64,000 nucleotides of DNA from Pseudomonadota bacterium (lineage in GTDB: Bacteria; Bdellovibrionota_C; UBA2361; OMII01), in assembly GCA_038134595.1 (NCBI GenBank), contig JAYPVM010000005.1, positions 21,408-85,407 of the forward strand. Reading direction: 5' to 3'. Numbering within the stretch: position 1 is the first letter of the stretch; each line of letters begins with the position of its first letter. Below are positions 18,804-29,419 of this stretch, piece by piece. The notes below the pieces were generated by a model. The model searched no databases. It worked only from the letters and a program-made list of their open reading frames with translations, and was not told the DNA's origin. A program made the translations under genes and the position numbers.

Positions 18804-19955
18804 GTGACTGGTGGGCGTCAAGGCATTAGTAACGAGATGACAAGTCTATCTATACGGAATATCACGAAGCGTTTTGGGGGTCTACCCATCCTCGACAATA
18901 TCTCAATCGACATCGAAGATGGTGAATTTTTCTCACTTCTCGGTCCGTCTGGTTGTGGCAAATCAACTCTCCTGCGGATCATCGCTGGACTCGAGCAAGC
19001 CGACTCGGGAACAATAGCCGTTGGAGGAGACTCGATCGACCACCTCCCTCCACAAAGAAGAGGCATAGGCTTTGTATTTCAAAACTATGCCCTTTGGCCC
19101 CATATGACCGTTCTCGATAACGTACTTTTTGGACTCAAAGCCAACGGGACTCCTCCGAGTGTTCGAAAGAAAAGGGTCGAAAACGTGCTTGAGCTTGTTC
19201 AACTCTCCCATCTACGCGCGCGATTTCCACATGAGCTCTCCGGAGGACAGCAGCAACGTGTCGCGCTCGCGCGCGCTCTTGCAATCCGTCCTTCGGTTAT
19301 CCTTCTTGACGAACCATTGTCTAACCTCGACGCTCGCCTAAGGCTTGATATTCGAAACGAGCTTGCGGCACTTCACCGAGAACTTGGCACGACCACGGTA
19401 TATGTCACTCACGATCAAGACGATGCCCTCTCGCTCTCAAATCGAATCGCACTTGTAAATTCGGGACAAGTTGCACAAATAGGCACGCCAACGCAGCTCT
19501 ATTTCACTCCCCAATCAAAGTTTGTTGGAGAATTTCTTGGATCAACTAATTTAATTGATGCAACTGCCTATAAGCCAGGTATACACGACGAACTACACGT
19601 CTCGATAAATGGGATTTCCCATGCGCCTATAATCCTTCACCAGAAGTTAGCGCTCGCTTCTTCGGAAGATAAAATAAACGGCACGCTATCCATTAGGCCA
19701 GAGAGTATTAGAGCTTCGTGCAACCCCGACGAGCAATCTGGTAAACTCGAAGCCGTAGTAGTTAGTCGTCAATTTCGGGGGTTTTATGAACTCATCGAGC
19801 TGAGATTGAAAAATGGGGTAACCCTTAACCAGATTACAACTGAGCGTAGTCCAGACGACGGAGTAGTTGAGGGCGCTACCGCTTATATCACCTGGACTGC
19901 AAGTGACTTACTATTTCTTCCTGAAAGTATGGAGAAAGCTTGTGCGAGGGCATAG
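18804..19955 (+). CDS. ABC transporter ATP-binding protein (FbpC/PotA/ThiQ-like importer ATPase with C-terminal TOBE-like domain)
   Basis: 383 aa. Walker [10 protein letters not shown], signature LSGGQQQRV, Walker B ILLDEP. True start may be the internal Met of MTSLSIRNI. Confidence 0.9.
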   Translation: MTGGRQGISNEMTSLSIRNITKRFGGLPILDNISIDIEDGEFFSLLGPSGCGKSTLLRIIAGLEQADSGTIAVGGDSIDHLPPQRRGIGFVFQNYALWPHMTVLDNVLFGLKANGTPPSVRKKRVENVLELVQLSHLRARFPHELSGGQQQRVALARALAIRPSVILLDEPLSNLDARLRLDIRNELAALHRELGTTTVYVTHDQDDALSLSNRIALVNSGQVAQIGTPTQLYFTPQSKFVGEFLGSTNLIDATAYKPGIHDELHVSINGISHAPIILHQKLALASSEDKINGTLSIRPESIRASCNPDEQSGKLEAVVVSRQFRGFYELIELRLKNGVTLNQITTERSPDDGVVEGATAYITWTASDLLFLPESMEKACARA

Positions 19956-22941
19956 AATTCAGCTCATAGTACTGGCATTATTTGCAAGTCTATTCTTATT
20001 TTATCCTCTCTCTCACATATTGGTTTATTCAGTTCAGTACAACAATGAACTATCACTTCGTTTCTTTAAAATCCTTTTTACCACGAAGCTCTATCAAGAT
20101 TTAATTCTTCACTCGTTAAACATAGCGCTTGCTGTAACAATCATCTGCTCCGTATTCGCCTATTTCATAGCATTCTTGTTAACTCGCTTTAACATCCCAT
20201 TACAAAAAATACTGGCGACCTTGGTCATCGCTCCTCTTATCGTCCCACCATTTGTAGGAGTAATCGGTGTAAAGCAGCTTTTCGGCCGTTTCGGAAGCAT
20301 AAACCTCCTCCTGTTGCACAATAATATTGTAGAGGAACCGATAGACTGGCTAGGATCAAACGGATTGATTGGTGTTATCGCTCTTCAAGTTGTTCACTTG
20401 ATGCCGATACTGTTTTTGACGCTACGAGCGTCACTGAGAAATTCTCACCAATCGCTTGAGGAAGCGGCCCTTGTATCTGGTGCAACAACTCTGTTTAGCC
20501 TTCTAAAGATTACACTTCCCCTTACCCTTCCCGGGTGGTTCGCGGGAGCTACCTTAGTTTTCGTTGCGAGCTTTACCGACCTCGGCACTCCGCTGATGTT
20601 TGACTACAGAGAGGTCATAAGCGTTCAGATATTTAACATGCTCTCGGATATAAATACGAACCCAGTTGGATACTCTCTTGTCGTTTTTACTTGCATTATT
20701 TCGATTGTTCTCTATACGCTCTCTCGATCGCTATTTCTCTATGGCGGATTTGTCTCAACGGATAAGTACTCAAAACGAGCTCCGCAGTTTGTAACATCGA
20801 AGTCTACAGCTTGTATCCTTGGCGGGATCGTTTTTGCTTATGGGCTTATGGCATCTATCCCGCAACTCTCCCTTGTTCTTACTGCGAGCAGTGAACGGTG
20901 GTTTATGACTATAGCACCTGAAAAGCTCACTCTAAACAACTTCCTACTGGTCTTTTCGCATCCACTTACAGCTCGAAGCATTGCAATAAGCATTCTATTG
21001 AGCGCGCTTGCAACAATCCTTACCATTCTTCTGGGATTAACTTCATCGCATATTATTTCACGAGCCGGCCGGACTATCAGCTCCGTTGTAGAGTCGATCT
21101 CTCTTGTACCACTTGCTATTCCCGGCTTAGTTTTTGCATTCGGATTTATCGGAGCGTTTGCCGGAAGTATAATCGACAACCGAGTCAACCCCCTACCACT
21201 GCTTGTATTCGCATATACGGTCAGGCGACTTCCGACCCTTGTACGAATCACAACAGCGGGCTTTCAAGAGGCTAATAAATCGCTTGAAGATGCGGCGTAT
21301 ATAGTCGGAGCGGGTCGCTATCAAACCATGCGTCAAATTATCCTACCCCTAGTAAAAAGACATTTATACGCGGGAGCGTTACTCACGTTTGCATATTCCA
21401 TGATTGAAGTAAGTGATAGTCTTTTTCTCGCCCTGGAGGAGAAGTATTACCCTATAGCGAAAGCTATGTATGCGCTTATTGGCCGCCCAGATGGGATAGA
21501 GCTTGCGTCCGCCTTGGGTGTTATCGTAATGGCAACACTAATTATTCTCTTTTATCTCTCGCAAAGATTGTCGGGCTCGACTCTTAGGACACTGTCAGCG
21601 ATTGTCGGAATTTTAGTAGTCGCGCCACGGCCTTCACTAGCGTCCGCTGACGAACTCGTTTTACTATCGCCTCATTGGGAGGGTATTCGCCACGAATTTT
21701 CTGAAGCTTTTGCTCGATCATGGGAGAAGCGGACGGGCAAAACGGTGGAATTTCGCTGGATGGACGTTGGAGGAACCTCCGACATAGTCAAATACGTAAA
21801 GAGCGAATTCAAGCGGAACCCAAACTCCATCGGAGTCGATATCTTCTTCGGGGGCGGAATAGACTCTTTTCTTGAGCTAGAGCGGTTTGGGTTCCTAACG
21901 CCTGCCAAGATAAGTGAGCGGGTGCTTGCCCAGATACCATCTGACATAGCTGGAACACCGCTGTTTTCAGAGTCTCATCTCTGGTTTGCAAACTCCATGA
22001 GTACATTCGGGATTCTTTGCAACCTCGATGCCCTAAAACTTCTCCGCAAGCCTGCTCCTCGCTCCTGGGCAGCCCTGGCGAGCCCAGAGTACAATAGCTA
22101 TATTAGCGCGGGAGATCCCAGAAAAAGTGGGAGTATGCACGCCATGTATGAGATTATCCTGCAAGGATACGGCTGGGAGAAGGGTTGGGAAATCATTTAT
22201 GGAATTGCCGGTAATACCAGACGATTTACTAACAACGCAAGTCAGGTTGGCAAAGACGTAACTACTGGTGATGCCCTTTGTGGGATAGTCATCGACACGT
22301 ACGCTAATGAAATAGTGAAGCGAGTCGGCGAGCAGCATGTCTCATTTATCCTTCCGGAGGATTTCGTCTCGGTCAATGGTGATGGAGCTGCTATCTTGCG
22401 CGGCGCTCCAAACATGCAAGTGGCGCAAGCATTTGCTGAATTTCTACTCACCAAAGAAGCCCAGACGTTGTGGTATGGGAAAAAAGGGGTTACTGGAGGA
22501 CCGCAAAGATATGAAATAGGAAAGCTCTCGGTGCTACCATCGATTTATGATACAACTGCTCCCGCTTCGCTATTCCGTTCAAATCCATTCCGCTTGCCAA
22601 ATATGCTTTCGTACAACGCCTCCCTTGCATCCGCTAGGTGGAACATTCTAAACGATTTGTTTGGGGCATTTATTGTAGACACCCACAGCAACCTCAAGTC
22701 GTTATCATCAAACCAACTACCCAATCAAGCGCCAGTTTCAGAAGAGATGATAAACAACTTACAGAAGACAACCCCGTGGGGAGATGACCAGAGCTTGCGA
22801 GCACAAATTGTAGCCCAGTGGAGCACGCAAGCACAAAAACTAGTAGCTGAATCGAATCGCCAAGCCGGAGTCTCAAAAATTCCTGTTCTATTGCTTTTAG
22901 CAAGTCTTATTCTAACGCTGGGCGCTCGAAGGTTCCGATAG
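19867..22941 (+). CDS. ABC permease (two-repeat FbpB/ThiP-type) fused in-frame to an iron(III)/thiamine-family periplasmic solute-binding domain
   Basis: 1024 aa. Residues ~1-570 are a 12-TM-type double permease. Residues ~600-1024 are SBP-like. The junction carries a signal-peptide-like segment (LSGSTLRTLSAIVGILVVAPRPSLASA/DE). A likely alternative start is GTG 19942, overlapping the ATPase stop. Confidence 0.85.
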   Translation: MRALPLISPGLQVTYYFFLKVWRKLVRGHRIQLIVLALFASLFLFYPLSHILVYSVQYNNELSLRFFKILFTTKLYQDLILHSLNIALAVTIICSVFAYFIAFLLTRFNIPLQKILATLVIAPLIVPPFVGVIGVKQLFGRFGSINLLLLHNNIVEEPIDWLGSNGLIGVIALQVVHLMPILFLTLRASLRNSHQSLEEAALVSGATTLFSLLKITLPLTLPGWFAGATLVFVASFTDLGTPLMFDYREVISVQIFNMLSDINTNPVGYSLVVFTCIISIVLYTLSRSLFLYGGFVSTDKYSKRAPQFVTSKSTACILGGIVFAYGLMASIPQLSLVLTASSERWFMTIAPEKLTLNNFLLVFSHPLTARSIAISILLSALATILTILLGLTSSHIISRAGRTISSVVESISLVPLAIPGLVFAFGFIGAFAGSIIDNRVNPLPLLVFAYTVRRLPTLVRITTAGFQEANKSLEDAAYIVGAGRYQTMRQIILPLVKRHLYAGALLTFAYSMIEVSDSLFLALEEKYYPIAKAMYALIGRPDGIELASALGVIVMATLIILFYLSQRLSGSTLRTLSAIVGILVVAPRPSLASADELVLLSPHWEGIRHEFSEAFARSWEKRTGKTVEFRWMDVGGTSDIVKYVKSEFKRNPNSIGVDIFFGGGIDSFLELERFGFLTPAKISERVLAQIPSDIAGTPLFSESHLWFANSMSTFGILCNLDALKLLRKPAPRSWAALASPEYNSYISAGDPRKSGSMHAMYEIILQGYGWEKGWEIIYGIAGNTRRFTNNASQVGKDVTTGDALCGIVIDTYANEIVKRVGEQHVSFILPEDFVSVNGDGAAILRGAPNMQVAQAFAEFLLTKEAQTLWYGKKGVTGGPQRYEIGKLSVLPSIYDTTAPASLFRSNPFRLPNMLSYNASLASARWNILNDLFGAFIVDTHSNLKSLSSNQLPNQAPVSEEMINNLQKTTPWGDDQSLRAQIVAQWSTQAQKLVAESNRQAGVSKIPVLLLLASLILTLGARRFR

Positions 22942-22989
22942 ACACTTGTTACATAAGAGAGAAACACTCGACCACTAATACACTCTTAA

Positions 22990-23256
22990 CTACTTGCCTA
23001 AGAGCTCTTCAAGTTCTCTGCAGCGATTCTTTATTTTCTTTATCTCAGTGATTCTAGAGTGAAATAAAGACCAGAAAAGCGGCTGGGGAAGTCGTTCGCG
23101 TTCCTGAGAGAACCTAAGTATGGTCTGCTTCAACTCCGATAACTCATCAGCCAAACTGCTTCTCTGCAAAGGCTTTGTCTGAGTCGTCTCACTTTCTCGT
23201 TGATCAGATTTTAACTTCATAGCATAACCATCATTCCCTAGTGGGTCTGGTGTCAA
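22990..23256 (-). CDS. hypothetical small charged/coiled-coil protein
   Basis: 88 aa. Co-oriented with and 54 nt downstream of the lytic transglycosylase gene. No domain recognised. Confidence 0.3.
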   Translation of the reverse strand: MTPDPLGNDGYAMKLKSDQRESETTQTKPLQRSSLADELSELKQTILRFSQERERLPQPLFWSLFHSRITEIKKIKNRCRELEELLGK

Positions 23257-23310
23257 GAGTTTTTAAATTCAACCAATGCGGTTTTTACATCACCGACCAC
23301 AGGTTACAGG

Positions 23311-24261
23311 TCAGACTATCTCCTGTTTCCATTCATGGTAGTCTCGCAAGATAGTGAGTGCATACTTCATGCACTCCCGAGGCACTCGACGTGTGCCAGA
23401 AGTTGCCGATTTAACGTGGCCAGGCCCCCAATTATAGGCAACAAGGGCAAATAATACGTTGTCGTCGTATTCTCTTTTCAAATGCCTTAGATACTCGATC
23501 CCAATTTGTATATTATACGCAACATCACTCAATGGCCGTGGCTTCAGACCTTTGCTTTTGGCTATCCACTCTGCGGTCCTAGGCATTAACTGCATCAATC
23601 CACGTGCGCCCTTTTGCGAAACTGCATGCGTGTCAAAGGCGCTTTCAGATTTTATCACCGCAGCAAGAAAGAGAGGATCAATTTGGTAGCGATAACTTGT
23701 CGATACTATAACCCGTGCTAACGCTCGACTATCAACGTGAGGCTTCCCGTGCTTTTTCACTATCACTGCCACTCTATCTTCGACGGTTTTAATCGAGATC
23801 GGCTGCTTATTAGTTGCTACTAATGACAAACCTGTAGAGAGCACATTTGGAACTAAACGACTTGGCACCATCTTTGTATGTTCTAGCCGATTCTTTCCAA
23901 CTCTATTTTTGACACCGAGCTCGTCAGTATCTGGATAATCTTTCAATTGACGGGAAAGGCTCTCAAAAGAATGGCTAGAATGTCCTGATTTCTGATGGAG
24001 CGCAGATATGGCGGAGAAACTAACTACACGGAGAAACACTCCTACTGAGAGTATCCCCACAAAAAGCCCGAGCCATCTTATAGATTTCTTGGGGTAGCTA
24101 TTTTTTTTTGCACAACTGGAAATACCCGCCCCGAGGATATCGGCGGCAATTATGCGCCCCTGGGGCAGAATATATCCCCTAGCGACACTACCGCTCCTAT
24201 CGATTGCCCGACTCGTTTTGCTAGGTTTCTCAATTCCCTTTGGCATCGTAAGACTTTCCAA
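23311..24261 (-). CDS. lytic transglycosylase (SLT domain) with N-terminal membrane anchor
   Basis: 316 aa. SLT catalytic region (ESAFDTHAVSQKGARGLMQLMPRTA, AYNWGPGHV). Confidence 0.8.
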   Translation of the reverse strand: MESLTMPKGIEKPSKTSRAIDRSGSVARGYILPQGRIIAADILGAGISSCAKKNSYPKKSIRWLGLFVGILSVGVFLRVVSFSAISALHQKSGHSSHSFESLSRQLKDYPDTDELGVKNRVGKNRLEHTKMVPSRLVPNVLSTGLSLVATNKQPISIKTVEDRVAVIVKKHGKPHVDSRALARVIVSTSYRYQIDPLFLAAVIKSESAFDTHAVSQKGARGLMQLMPRTAEWIAKSKGLKPRPLSDVAYNIQIGIEYLRHLKREYDDNVLFALVAYNWGPGHVKSATSGTRRVPRECMKYALTILRDYHEWKQEIV

Positions 24262-24334
24262 TGGTCGATTTTAATCCCCAAAGAGCGCTCTGCACTTTAA
24301 GCTACTGAAAGCACTCGCTAAAAACACGTTCGGC

Positions 24335-24362
24335 AGTCCGTCTTATTACCACCAGACGGACT
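24335..24362 (-). terminator. hairpin (9-bp perfect stem AGTCCGTCT/AGACGGACT, 10-nt loop) downstream of the SWIM-SNF2 gene; possible terminator
   Basis: Inverted repeat read from the sequence. On the minus strand a T-rich stretch (GTGTTTTTAG) follows only after an ~11-nt spacer, so the terminator call is weak. Confidence 0.25.
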
Positions 24363-24570
24363 CTCCCGTGTTACATGCTCTTATCTGCACGAAACGACCT
24401 ATTGCTTCACAAATTGAAATAAAAAATTAGTTGCTTTTTCCGAGTCTTACAAACCCGCCTACACGTGCCGACATCGAACGTAGAGGACTTAGCTGTCACA
24501 CAATCAAAAACACAAGGTAGAGGCCACTCAAAATAAGCACCTACAATCAGTACAGAACAGCTCCAAAGAA

Positions 24571-27525
24571 CTATTCAGTCTGACTGGTAAAGCCCGATGC
24601 CCGCTCAGCCCTGTCTAATACATACAACAATTCCTCCCGAGAGAGGTGAAAATCGCTTCCCTTCTCTCCATCCAAAGAATTCTTTATCAGTTGCCTTTTT
24701 CGACGCTGTAACTCCAACACTCGATGCTCGACCGTATCTTTTGCCACTAGTTTGTGAACTACAACGGGATTTTCCTGTCCTATCCTATGAGCTCTGTCGG
24801 CCGCCTGATCTTCTGCAGCAGGGTTCCACCACGGGTCTAGGATATAAACGTGGTCAGCTGCCGTTAAGGTTAATCCGACACCACCTGCTTTAAGCGATAT
24901 TAGCAACACATCAGGCCCTGAGTCCGACTGAAAACTCTCTACCACCGCACCCCGATTGGTCGTATTGCCGTCAATACGTCCAAAGCTTATCCCTGAGTCG
25001 GTGAGAAGAGGTTCTACCTTATCGAGCAACGAAACCCACTGAGAAAAAACAAGGCACCGATGACCATACGCCTTAGATTGCTCTAGATGGTGCATTAAAA
25101 GAGATAGTTTACTCGAAGTCTCACTGGTTATTCCGGGTACCATCCCTGTGTGACAGCAGGCTTGTCGGAGCCTGAGAAGCATCTCCAGAATAGAAAATGT
25201 CCCGCCACCACTATCTAGTTTATCAACTACAGAACTTTTTGTACTCGTAAGAATTGCGTCATACACCACTCGCTCTTCGCTCGAAAGCTCGCACTCTAAA
25301 ACCATTTCCGTCTTAGGTGGCAATTCCTTAGCAACGTCTCGTTTGTATCGTCGCAAGACAAATGGAGCTACACGAGCCCTAAGATGTGATATATCAACAC
25401 TCTCTCTTGACTCTTTGCCCTGCAGATATTTTCTTTCGAATTCCGCAAGTGTGCCCAGCAATCCAGGGTTTAAGAAGTTACACTGACTCCACAGATCGCG
25501 GGCGCTGTTTTCAATAGGAGTGCCCGTTAAGCATATCTTATAGCGACTTTTTATTTGATACGCAGCTCTTGCCACCTGGCTATATGGATTTCGGATTACA
25601 TGGGCCTCATCAAGTACAACGGTCTCCCAATCACTAGCTGCCAGGCTAGCAACATCTGCTCGAAGAATTCCATACGTAGTTATCGTTATCTGCGCGTTTA
25701 GATCCAATTGTCGTTCTGCACCGTGATAAAGTGCCGTTTTTCTACCGGGCAGAAATGACGCAACCTGTTCTTGCCAACTCGATACAACTGAGGTCGGACA
25801 GACAATCAGAGACTTGCCACGTAGGGCACACAGCGCCTGAACAGTCTTGCCTAGGCCCATATCATCGGCAAGGAGTGCGCCTATGTCGTGGTCCATTAAA
25901 AACGATAGCCAATTTACACCTACTTTCTGATAAGATCTAAGGCTGCAGGTTAATTCAGCCGGAAGCTGGCTATCGGGGATACTCGAACAGTCTGCCAATC
26001 CCTTACCAAGCCGAGAGAAATACCGCGGGGGATCTACACCAAGCGATTCTGATATCTCCAATACGTCAGGCAAAAATACTCTAGAGCAACTTTCAGCGTC
26101 CCTTCGTCCTTGAAGCAGCCGTTGCAGTGCCTCACTATGAGCCAATAACCACTGATCCGGAAAGCCCAGCCATCCAAAACCCTCGTGATAATATGCACCA
26201 TTGGACCTAAAATCCCACGCGTCCAGTATCGTTTGTGCGGAAATGCTATCCCCATTGGGCGCTTGAAACTCAACTAGAAGACCAGTATTGCTTCCTGTTA
26301 CGGTCGGCACCAACGCAGTTGTCGATCGACACAGCGAGATATCACTTCCTTCAATACACTTATCAGCAATCTGCGCCGCGATATTTACGACCTTCTGCCC
26401 GGAGAATACAGTCGGAACATCCCTACGAAGTCCGTACTGCTGCTCGACCTGCCGCAACAATGCGCCCTCCTGCACCATGTCACGAATTGGTACCTCGTAA
26501 CGATTTTTGATTTCACACTGCCCCAAGCGAATTTCTGCTATGCAAGGATCTCCGTATTGGATTACCGGAAGAACACTTAGAGCTTGTCCGTGCTCAAAAG
26601 CCTGTGCCTCAAATCGAACCGTTGGACGTAATTTTCTTGCCTTTGGTAGAGAGCACCCTATCGTCTCAACCGCAATCTTGGCGCGAAGATTCGGGATAAC
26701 TCTCGTAGAGAGATCGAGAGAATCTGAATGGTTGAAAATCTTACCAGCCCCTTTAAGCATCTCAAAATCTTCATACCGAAGAGAGGAGTCCTCGATTGCG
26801 CTAAGAATACCATCAAGGATAACCGCGCTATTATCAAAAACCTCTGTTGTAGCGTCAGCCATTTTTCTACGAAGACAATACCCCTCAGAAACATCTACCA
26901 CCTCCGCCACAACAGGCATAGCCTCCGGCGAGACCCGGATTGGTTCACCGTCCAATTCAACATGGCGGACTCGAGCTAATGATGGGAGCAGATACCGCAT
27001 AGTCTGAGGATCGAGCACACCGTTCTTCTGAGTCATTAATACGTGATCGATATTCATCTCCTGATCGCTCATTGAGAAATGAGCAGTCGAATTTGATCCG
27101 TTTAACTTCAAGGTCTGTAGTAGCGATGTTTTTACCTCTATACGAGAATCGTTAGAGACAAGATAGCGAGTAAACGATAAAACACTGCCCTGACGAAAAA
27201 AAGCATGCACCACCGAGCCCTGGCGAACACTTGCAACACTCGAGGAATTCTTACGAACCGCTCCTTGCTTTACGGCGATAAGGGTTGCTAATACATGTTC
27301 GCACGGGTCAACATCTCCCCCACAATCACAATCCCAGCTTTCATCTTCCGGTGTTAACGAGACGATTACATCTCGGTCGCGACTAGCTGAATGGATATGG
27401 TATTCATGCTCGCCTAGATCACCTGTGCGGATCCACGTAATTTTAGCATGCCGAGCGAGTGTTACAGCCGTTGTCCAAACGCTCCCGTCGCTTAACTTCC
27501 TTGCTAACGCAAATAAACTATCCAT
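24571..27525 (-). CDS. SNF2-family helicase with N-terminal SWIM zinc finger
   Basis: 984 aa. SWIM CxCxnCxH (WDCDCGGDVDPCEHV) near the N-terminus. SNF2_N (LADDMGLGKT, DEAH-like LDEAHVIRN) and helicase-C (HRIGQ). Confidence 0.9.
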   Translation of the reverse strand: MDSLFALARKLSDGSVWTTAVTLARHAKITWIRTGDLGEHEYHIHSASRDRDVIVSLTPEDESWDCDCGGDVDPCEHVLATLIAVKQGAVRKNSSSVASVRQGSVVHAFFRQGSVLSFTRYLVSNDSRIEVKTSLLQTLKLNGSNSTAHFSMSDQEMNIDHVLMTQKNGVLDPQTMRYLLPSLARVRHVELDGEPIRVSPEAMPVVAEVVDVSEGYCLRRKMADATTEVFDNSAVILDGILSAIEDSSLRYEDFEMLKGAGKIFNHSDSLDLSTRVIPNLRAKIAVETIGCSLPKARKLRPTVRFEAQAFEHGQALSVLPVIQYGDPCIAEIRLGQCEIKNRYEVPIRDMVQEGALLRQVEQQYGLRRDVPTVFSGQKVVNIAAQIADKCIEGSDISLCRSTTALVPTVTGSNTGLLVEFQAPNGDSISAQTILDAWDFRSNGAYYHEGFGWLGFPDQWLLAHSEALQRLLQGRRDAESCSRVFLPDVLEISESLGVDPPRYFSRLGKGLADCSSIPDSQLPAELTCSLRSYQKVGVNWLSFLMDHDIGALLADDMGLGKTVQALCALRGKSLIVCPTSVVSSWQEQVASFLPGRKTALYHGAERQLDLNAQITITTYGILRADVASLAASDWETVVLDEAHVIRNPYSQVARAAYQIKSRYKICLTGTPIENSARDLWSQCNFLNPGLLGTLAEFERKYLQGKESRESVDISHLRARVAPFVLRRYKRDVAKELPPKTEMVLECELSSEERVVYDAILTSTKSSVVDKLDSGGGTFSILEMLLRLRQACCHTGMVPGITSETSSKLSLLMHHLEQSKAYGHRCLVFSQWVSLLDKVEPLLTDSGISFGRIDGNTTNRGAVVESFQSDSGPDVLLISLKAGGVGLTLTAADHVYILDPWWNPAAEDQAADRAHRIGQENPVVVHKLVAKDTVEHRVLELQRRKRQLIKNSLDGEKGSDFHLSREELLYVLDRAERASGFTSQTE

Positions 27526-27534
27526 TATCTCTTC

Positions 27535-28560
27535 CTAAGCGGCAGCGGTAACGCGTCGATGAAAATCAGCTGAAGCAGTAGGAACGCCGCATCTATCAAG
27601 CGTTGATAGCAACTCCTTAATATCTCTACACCGCTTCGCAGTTGAGAACCAAGATATAGAACCTCGCTTATGCGCATAATTTAACCATTGCTTGACTCGA
27701 GAAAGGGTACGTCGCTCGGCCTCTCCCTTCTCTCGTGAGAGCCAGACTACATCTGAGACGATCTGCGACCACACCGCCCCTTCATGCAGACTATCATAAC
27801 ACTCCGACAGAACAGGAAGCCCCAGATGTCGGGCGCATTGTTCGGCTAGAAATGGATTTGCAAGAACCCCCCTTCCCAGCATAAAGTGCTTGCAGTTAGT
27901 AATATCTTGGCACCGCTTAAGATCCTCGACAGTCCATATCTCTCCATTCGCAATCACAGGAATATCTAGGGCCCGATTCACATCTCTTATAGGCTTCCAA
28001 TACGCCGGAGGATTATAGCCGTGCATCTTCGTTCTACCGTGAATAGCAATCCAATCGGCTCCCGCAAGAGCTGCTCGCTCTGCATTCTCATGGATCGCTG
28101 ATGGGTCATCCCAACCAAGACGAAACTTAGCAGAAACCGGAATCGCAATTGGGAGAGCACTACGCACCGCTCTAACAATATTTTCTATACGCTCTGGAAA
28201 ACGTAAAAGTGTGGCGCCTCCATCGTGCCGATTAACTGTTGGAGCAGGACAACCAAAATTTAGGTCAACGCAGGTGGCTCCCATTTCGACAGCGAGCTGG
28301 GCCGTTCGAGCCAGTCGGTCGGGGTCTCCGCCGAGCAATTGAATTGCAACCGGGACTCCTGAGCTAGTAACACTGCCGGCTTGAATCTCAGGTACTGACT
28401 TGATTAAGACTTTCTTCGGAGGCACCAACCCCGAAACTCTCACAAATTCGCTAACGCATCCAGAAAAAGGCATACGTTGAGTCAGCAACCCCCTCATAAG
28501 CGGGTCGGTCACCCCATCCATCGGAGCTAAAATAATTGCTGGTTTATCTGGTGTTATCAT
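27535..28560 (-). CDS. tRNA-dihydrouridine synthase
   Basis: 341 aa. Dus TIM-barrel motifs (ILAPMDGVTD, DLNFGCP, HGRT). Confidence 0.85.
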   Translation of the reverse strand: MITPDKPAIILAPMDGVTDPLMRGLLTQRMPFSGCVSEFVRVSGLVPPKKVLIKSVPEIQAGSVTSSGVPVAIQLLGGDPDRLARTAQLAVEMGATCVDLNFGCPAPTVNRHDGGATLLRFPERIENIVRAVRSALPIAIPVSAKFRLGWDDPSAIHENAERAALAGADWIAIHGRTKMHGYNPPAYWKPIRDVNRALDIPVIANGEIWTVEDLKRCQDITNCKHFMLGRGVLANPFLAEQCARHLGLPVLSECYDSLHEGAVWSQIVSDVVWLSREKGEAERRTLSRVKQWLNYAHKRGSISWFSTAKRCRDIKELLSTLDRCGVPTASADFHRRVTAAA

Positions 28561-28614
28561 GCAGTATAAGTCTACTGTGAAGTCATATCCCTAGTCACCT
28601 AAACCACTAAAAGG

Positions 28615-29418
28615 CTACGTAACCCTTTCTTTCATATGACGCCCAAACCGCTCACGTAAAACACCCATTACCGCTTCCCGCGGAAGCGATAAGCGAGTAG
28701 AACCAAGTACATAGGGACCGACTTCGTAACTATTGTAATGAAGCTCCAAACTGTTTTCCGTAAGCATCCAGTTATTCGGAAGCGGGAGAGCCTCACCCGC
28801 AGGAATAAAAAAACCAGCATCAAATAGGCTCTGCTCCATAGGAATATTACGAGCACGACGGAACTCGGCCTCGACAATACGAGCAAATGAGGCGCTCGCC
28901 CCATTCCGCACGATCTCATCCAACGCAAGGATACCACCGGTCTGACCATCAAACATAAGTAACGACACCTCGTGAAATCCGTGAGCACCACCTAAATAAC
29001 CATCATTGAGTATCTCAACCGCGATAAACTCTTCCGCGAGACTTGAAACTTTTACTGTTCGAGACAGCGACCAATCAATAGGTGTTTCAGAGAAGCTCTC
29101 GTACTCTTCTAGACGGTTCTCAAGCTCCCTTAGCACATGAGAACTGGACGGTTCCAACGTTTCCGAATCAACAGGAAGGTATAAAATCCGCGCTATCTCA
29201 GCTTGAACTCTCTTAACCACATCAGTTTTAAAGCTCGCCGGGAGCTCCGGGACAGCGGCTAAACTAACCTTTACACACGGCGTCGGTGCACACGTCCCGA
29301 GAGTCGTTTCCACCCCGGGATCGAGAGGTTTCGCGGCGGGGATAAAACATCCCCCGATGCTCGTTCCCAAAAAAACAACACATATAATGTTGAACAACGA
29401 TTTATGAACGGTGCGCAC
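28615..29418 (-). CDS. DUF3298/DUF4163-type (RsiV-like) exported protein, possible lipoprotein
   Basis: 267 aa. Signal peptide with SIGGC lipobox. C-terminal region resembles the DUF3298 fold signature. Confidence 0.65.
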   Translation of the reverse strand: MRTVHKSLFNIICVVFLGTSIGGCFIPAAKPLDPGVETTLGTCAPTPCVKVSLAAVPELPASFKTDVVKRVQAEIARILYLPVDSETLEPSSSHVLRELENRLEEYESFSETPIDWSLSRTVKVSSLAEEFIAVEILNDGYLGGAHGFHEVSLLMFDGQTGGILALDEIVRNGASASFARIVEAEFRRARNIPMEQSLFDAGFFIPAGEALPLPNNWMLTENSLELHYNSYEVGPYVLGSTRLSLPREAVMGVLRERFGRHMKERVT

Positions 29419-29419
29419 G

